Source: a virus
Lineage: Duplodnaviria; Caudoviricetes
Direction: 5' to 3' (one strand)
IMG/VR virus record: IMGVR_UViG_3300016476_000336
Span: 1-36,927 of that record
Length of the DNA stretch: 36,927 nucleotides
In this document: in pieces, positions 32,862 through 36,927 of the stretch
Layout of the letters: each line of letters opens with the position of its first letter
How positions within the stretch are numbered: position 1 is the stretch's first letter
Made by a program: the position numbers and the translations under genes
Notes under the pieces: model-generated
The model's input: the letters and a program-made list of their open reading frames with translations, nothing else
The model's database searches: none
What the model was told of the DNA's origin: nothing

Positions 32862-34190
32862 ATGGCTAACACTAGCATTTCAAATCTTAGCCCAGGCGCA
32901 GCAGTATCCGCTACCGATGTGCTGCCTAATGTCCAGACGACCGGTGTTGGCCCGGTAAAAACAACGGCGGCGCAGCTCAAAACTTTTATGAGCGCAAGCC
33001 CTACTCTTGTCACGCCCACGTTAGGCGTTGCGACGGGGACAAGTTTGGCGCTAGGCGGGGCTACGTTAGGCTCCAATGCTCTTGCAGTAACCGGCACGAC
33101 GGCGTTAAGCGCGGGACTCACCAGCGGCGCAAACGGCGGCACGAACGGCAGCTTAAAATTGTTCGGGTCTACGTCGGGCGATGTGACAATAAACACCGCC
33201 GCGGTCGCGGGCACTAGCACTATGTTTACATTGCCGGCAACTAACGGCACTAATAAATACGCGCTTACGACAAATGGTTCGGGCGTCACGTCTTGGGGTC
33301 AGATTGATCTTACTGCCGCCGTTACAGGCGTTTTGCCTGTCGCAAACGGAGGAACCGGCGCATCGTCCGCGAGTATTACGGCGTTCAATAATATCACAGG
33401 TTATACGGCTTCGGGCGCGACGGGCACTACCAGCACGAATCTTGTTTTCTCTGCATCGCCCACCTTTACCGGAACTGTAACGGCCCCTATTATTAATGGC
33501 GGCGGCGCGTCTTCATTGTCACTTCAGGCAGGTTCGGCAACAGCAATCTATATTGACACGTCGCAGAATGCTACTTTCGGTGGGACAAGCGGCGGCTATA
33601 AACTTAGCGTTGTTAAGAACGGAACCGTTGGTTCTGCGGCCAGCACATCGGGCATTATTATTCGAACTGATGACACGGCATCGTATAGCACCGCTTTGTG
33701 TCTTGGTGCTGATGGCACCGGCAATATTTCGTATATCCAGTCTCTCAACTATAATAGTTATACTATCCGTCCTCTTGCTCTTATGCCACAAGGCGGCGAA
33801 GTGCTTTGCGGAGGTACGACGGACAATGGTGCGTATAATCTTCAGTGTAATGGAACCGCCGTATGGGGCGCAGGCGCGTATGTAAATGGCTCTGACGCAC
33901 GCATTAAAGAACAAGTGGCGGACATAGACGATTGTTTGGCCCTCGTAGCGACGTTACGTCCGGTCACGTTCCGATACAAAGATACTTTTTCGTCCGACGT
34001 TGATATTCAGCCAGGATTTATCGCGCAAGAACTTCAGACAGCTCTTGATGGGCAGATTTATTTGGACGGCATAGTAAAGTCGGGCCCAGAATATCTTAGC
34101 GTTGCGTATCAGTCCTTGATACCAATTCTCACGAAAGCGCTTCAGGAACTAAAAGCTGATTTTGACGCGTATAAAGCGACGCATCCGTAA
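32862..34190 (+). CDS. Fibre protein with a C-terminal intramolecular chaperone (peptidase S74-like)
   Basis: N-terminal ISNLSPG motif; T/G/A/S-rich shaft (SPTLVTPTLG, VLPVANGGTG); SDARIKE...LRPVTFRY...GFIAQEL...LTKALQEL. Confidence 0.85.
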   Translation: MANTSISNLSPGAAVSATDVLPNVQTTGVGPVKTTAAQLKTFMSASPTLVTPTLGVATGTSLALGGATLGSNALAVTGTTALSAGLTSGANGGTNGSLKLFGSTSGDVTINTAAVAGTSTMFTLPATNGTNKYALTTNGSGVTSWGQIDLTAAVTGVLPVANGGTGASSASITAFNNITGYTASGATGTTSTNLVFSASPTFTGTVTAPIINGGGASSLSLQAGSATAIYIDTSQNATFGGTSGGYKLSVVKNGTVGSAASTSGIIIRTDDTASYSTALCLGADGTGNISYIQSLNYNSYTIRPLALMPQGGEVLCGGTTDNGAYNLQCNGTAVWGAGAYVNGSDARIKEQVADIDDCLALVATLRPVTFRYKDTFSSDVDIQPGFIAQELQTALDGQIYLDGIVKSGPEYLSVAYQSLIPILTKALQELKADFDAYKATHP

Positions 34191-34205
34191 TTTGGGATTG
34201 AACAA

Positions 34206-36020
34206 ATGACCGACGTAAAAATATCGCAGCTCCCAGCAGCATCTCTTCCTCTTACGGGATCTGAGGTATTTCCTGTCGTGCAGAGCGGCACAACCGTCAA
34301 GGCGTTAATCGGCTCTATCTCCGCGCGTACTGACACGATAGCGACCTTAAAAACTTTGTCGCCAGCAAATTATGATACGATTTATGTCGGTGGATACCGC
34401 ACGATTGGTGATGGCGGCGGCGGGTTTTTTTATGGCTCGTCAGGTTTTGCGCCGGGGCATTTTACCGATAATGGCGGGACAATCATTCTTCCTACCGGCG
34501 GAAATGGCTCTAGCGCATGGATTCGCGTTCCCGAACCCATGATTTCGGTCAAGGCTTTTGGCGCGTATGGAAACGGGTCTAATAACGACACTACTTACAT
34601 TCAGAACGCTATAAATTACGCGGACGGAAGCACGATATATTTTCCAGATGGCACTTATCTGGTATCAACGACTATCTCATTTGACGGAACTGGGCGCGGC
34701 TATATAGATGGGCCTAAAGTCGTCGGTGAAACGCGTGACGGAACTATCATTGATAATCGAACCGGCGGCCCTCTTTTTAATATTACCGCAGGCACGTCCC
34801 ATGATGATTACGTAGAAAATATTTTCTTTTCTACGTTCAAAATAACTAACTCTCTTTCACAAGTTACTACCACGGGTATTAAATTAAGCGGCGTTCGTAA
34901 CGGAACAATACAGAATCTATTCATAGATTCACAGGGCGACCACGGCATTCATTTATACGCATATGCTACTGATGCCACTAATGTGGTGCATATTGATATA
35001 TCTCAGTGCGAAATGTTTAACTGCAGTAGCACGGGCATTTATTGCCAAGGCGATGTTACTTTAGGCGGTGTTAATGCCAGCATATACATTCGGCAAACAC
35101 GTTTAATTGCTTGTGCTTACGGCATTATATTTGAAGGAATGCAAGCCGGCACTATTGATTCTTGCGCTATCGCCAGAAACCATGTTTACGGATTGTTAAT
35201 AACAAAAGGCCAGAGCTACTCAAAAAATTGTATTGTGGTTAACAATGAATTTGACAGCAATGGCGGAAACTCTGCAATTTCGTCTCGAAGTCAAATCTAT
35301 GTGGATTACGCTGAAAATGTGCAGCTTAACGGTAACTATTTTGTGGTCAATGTGGCCGATCCGCCCGATGTCCAAGCAGATAAAAATATATCGCTTACTG
35401 CAAACGCACTGAGCATAACTATTACAAATAGCCTCCCTCGCGCGCCTGCCGGTATTACTGGCTTAACTATGTATTCGCTGTCCGCTGCGGCTACCAATAT
35501 TACCATTGCTAATACAGATTGGAGCGCTTGGTCGACTACAGGCAATACTAAGTATTCTGGAACTCCTACTTCAGGATATGTCGTCATAGATGGAGGCCGA
35601 TATCTTACGGGGGTATCATTTTCGCCCACACCATTTAATTCTTCTGACCCATATACAATGAGTCAATACGACGAAAATATATGGACGGCTACTGTTTCTG
35701 CATCTACGGGCTTTACTGGCACCCCCGCAGCCGGTTCGACAAATTATGTGCGTGTAGGGTCATTGATAACATTAGAAGGTATTTTCTACGGCACGTATTC
35801 GGGCGCAGGACTTGCAACCATTACGTTTACTCTTCCGTTTGCCGCCGCTGCCGCGTTAAGTGGGGCTACTGGCGCTGTGTTCGACCTAGGGCCATCGCTT
35901 GCTGTGGGTGCCGTAGTTGATTTTACTTCAGGGTCGTCAAATGACGCTAGAATTTATGTTACCGCCACCGGCGCATACACAGCCGAGATACACTTCTCAT
36001 ACAGTTACCTGGCGGCCTAA
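34206..36020 (+). CDS. Tailspike-like beta-helix protein (pectate lyase-like depolymerase)
   Basis: N-terminal VKISQLPAA; GYRTIGDGGGGFF; SVKAFGAYGNG..NDT..IQNAI....IYFPDGTY, then parallel beta-helix repeats. Confidence 0.82.
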   Translation: MTDVKISQLPAASLPLTGSEVFPVVQSGTTVKALIGSISARTDTIATLKTLSPANYDTIYVGGYRTIGDGGGGFFYGSSGFAPGHFTDNGGTIILPTGGNGSSAWIRVPEPMISVKAFGAYGNGSNNDTTYIQNAINYADGSTIYFPDGTYLVSTTISFDGTGRGYIDGPKVVGETRDGTIIDNRTGGPLFNITAGTSHDDYVENIFFSTFKITNSLSQVTTTGIKLSGVRNGTIQNLFIDSQGDHGIHLYAYATDATNVVHIDISQCEMFNCSSTGIYCQGDVTLGGVNASIYIRQTRLIACAYGIIFEGMQAGTIDSCAIARNHVYGLLITKGQSYSKNCIVVNNEFDSNGGNSAISSRSQIYVDYAENVQLNGNYFVVNVADPPDVQADKNISLTANALSITITNSLPRAPAGITGLTMYSLSAAATNITIANTDWSAWSTTGNTKYSGTPTSGYVVIDGGRYLTGVSFSPTPFNSSDPYTMSQYDENIWTATVSASTGFTGTPAAGSTNYVRVGSLITLEGIFYGTYSGAGLATITFTLPFAAAAALSGATGAVFDLGPSLAVGAVVDFTSGSSNDARIYVTATGAYTAEIHFSYSYLAA

Positions 36021-36021
36021 T

Positions 36022-36051
36022 TTGACTATGCGGCAGTAAATGCTGCATAAT
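36022..36051 (+). promoter_or_regulatory. Sigma70-like promoter for scaffold/capsid, overlapped by an inverted repeat
   Basis: TTGACT, 18-nt spacer, CATAAT; TATGCGGCA-GTAAA-TGCTGCATA dyad at 36027-36049. Confidence 0.55.
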
Positions 36052-36092
36052 GTCTACAACCGACTAGCCGGATAGCTAGGATAGGAGACGTA

Positions 36093-36872
36093 ATGTCTGA
36101 AGAAGAACAGGCTGTAGCGGAGATCAGCCCCGCGCCGGAACCGGAAGCCACGGCAGCACCGGAATCTGTTGATACGACGCCGGAGGAACAGCCGCCTACA
36201 AAATCGTTCTCTCAAGAAGAGTTGGACGCTATTGTAAGCAAGCGCCTTGCAAGAGAACAGCGCAAATGGGAAAGAGAGCAGGCCCAACGGCTTGCGGAGC
36301 AGCAGGCTAGACAGCCTGTCGCACCTCCACCTGCGCCGGATGATTTCGAGTCGGCTCAGCAATACGCGGAAGCGTTAGCAGAGCAAAAGGCGAGAGAGCT
36401 TCTGGCCCAGCGAGAGGCCGCAGCCCAGCAAGCCGCGATCTTGGACGGCTATAAAGACCGTGAAGAAGAGGCGCGGGACAGGTACGAAGACTTTGAACAA
36501 GTCGCGTATAATCCTAACCTTCCCGTCACGGACGTTATGGCTCAAGCCATCCAGGCTTCCGATATTGGCCCCGAAGTCATCTATTGGCTGGGGTCCAATC
36601 CAAAGGAAGCCGGACGGATTTCCAAACTGCCGCCGGTCTTGCAGGCAAAAGAGATCGGGAAAATCGAGGTCAATTTGACCACAAACCCGCCGGTTAAGAA
36701 AACCTCAACCGCGCCCGCACCTCTTGCTCCTGTCACGGCTACCCGATCAAACTCAGGACCGCGCTACGACACGGCAGACCCCAGGTCTATCAAGTCAATG
36801 TCAACGTCAGAATGGATTGAAGCGGAACGCCAGCGTCAGATCAAGAAGTGGGAAGCGCAGAATCGGAGATAA
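36093..36872 (+). CDS. Capsid scaffolding protein
   Basis: AGGAG RBS; acidic N-terminus; FSQEELDAIVSKRLAREQRK coiled coil; GPEVIYWLGSNP; immediately before the coat gene. Confidence 0.85.
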   Translation: MSEEEQAVAEISPAPEPEATAAPESVDTTPEEQPPTKSFSQEELDAIVSKRLAREQRKWEREQAQRLAEQQARQPVAPPPAPDDFESAQQYAEALAEQKARELLAQREAAAQQAAILDGYKDREEEARDRYEDFEQVAYNPNLPVTDVMAQAIQASDIGPEVIYWLGSNPKEAGRISKLPPVLQAKEIGKIEVNLTTNPPVKKTSTAPAPLAPVTATRSNSGPRYDTADPRSIKSMSTSEWIEAERQRQIKKWEAQNRR

Positions 36873-36875
36873 GGT

Positions 36876-36927
36876 ATGTCTAATTCAATTCTTACGATTG
36901 ACATGATTACTCGCAAGGCTCTTGAAA
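36876..36927 (+). CDS. Major capsid protein, 5' part (continues at base 1)
   Basis: MSNSILTIDMITRKALE plus a final A; A+TC at bases 1-2 gives Ile and joins the frame at the window start. Confidence 0.9.
   Translation, partial: MSNSILTIDMITRKALE

Noticed and set aside
32862-36020. Diversity-generating retroelement or invertible segment acting on the fibres
   Set aside because: No reverse transcriptase or invertase gene, and I saw no template/variable repeat pair or flanking inverted repeats.
1-36927. Genome-wide stop-codon reassignment, prompted by the in-frame TGA at 11347
   Set aside because: All core genes are intact in the standard code; TAA, TAG and TGA all end genes at coupled junctions; no suppressor tRNA was seen.
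1-36927. Integrase, att site, CI/Cro switch or tRNA genes
   Set aside because: No tyrosine or serine recombinase motifs, no S24-type repressor and no cloverleaf were recognised by eye; HMM and tRNAscan searches would be needed to exclude them fully.

Overview
This window is an apparently complete, circularly permuted 36.9-kb tailed-phage genome of podovirus type with P22-like morphogenesis genes. The major capsid gene starts at 36876 and continues in frame at base 1. Modules: head/tail/ejection (1-10413), lysis (10416-11587), a leftward helicase/nuclease block (11513-13818), a rightward replication block (DUF2800-like exonuclease, putative SSB, family A DNA polymerase, primase-helicase; 13881-22837), a leftward block of small early-type genes (22822-26818), a ~500-bp non-coding control region with ATAGTC repeats, and packaging/head genes (terS, terL, portal, two fibre genes, scaffold; 27358-36872). 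There are three HNH-AP2 endonucleases. I recognised no integrase, CI-like repressor, tRNA, CRISPR array or reverse transcriptase. A Gram-negative host is implied by the spanin-like lipoprotein; an alphaproteobacterial host is only my inference. The most notable points are: (1) a repeat-bounded array of mosaic small genes at 16381-17298; (2) a 'split' receptor-binding architecture, with fibre genes inside the head module and a fibre-less double anchor-domain protein in the tail module; (3) an i-spanin-like tail lying in frame behind the holin's UGA stop; (4) an iteron-like ATAGTC cluster. Family names come from motif recognition, not database searches.
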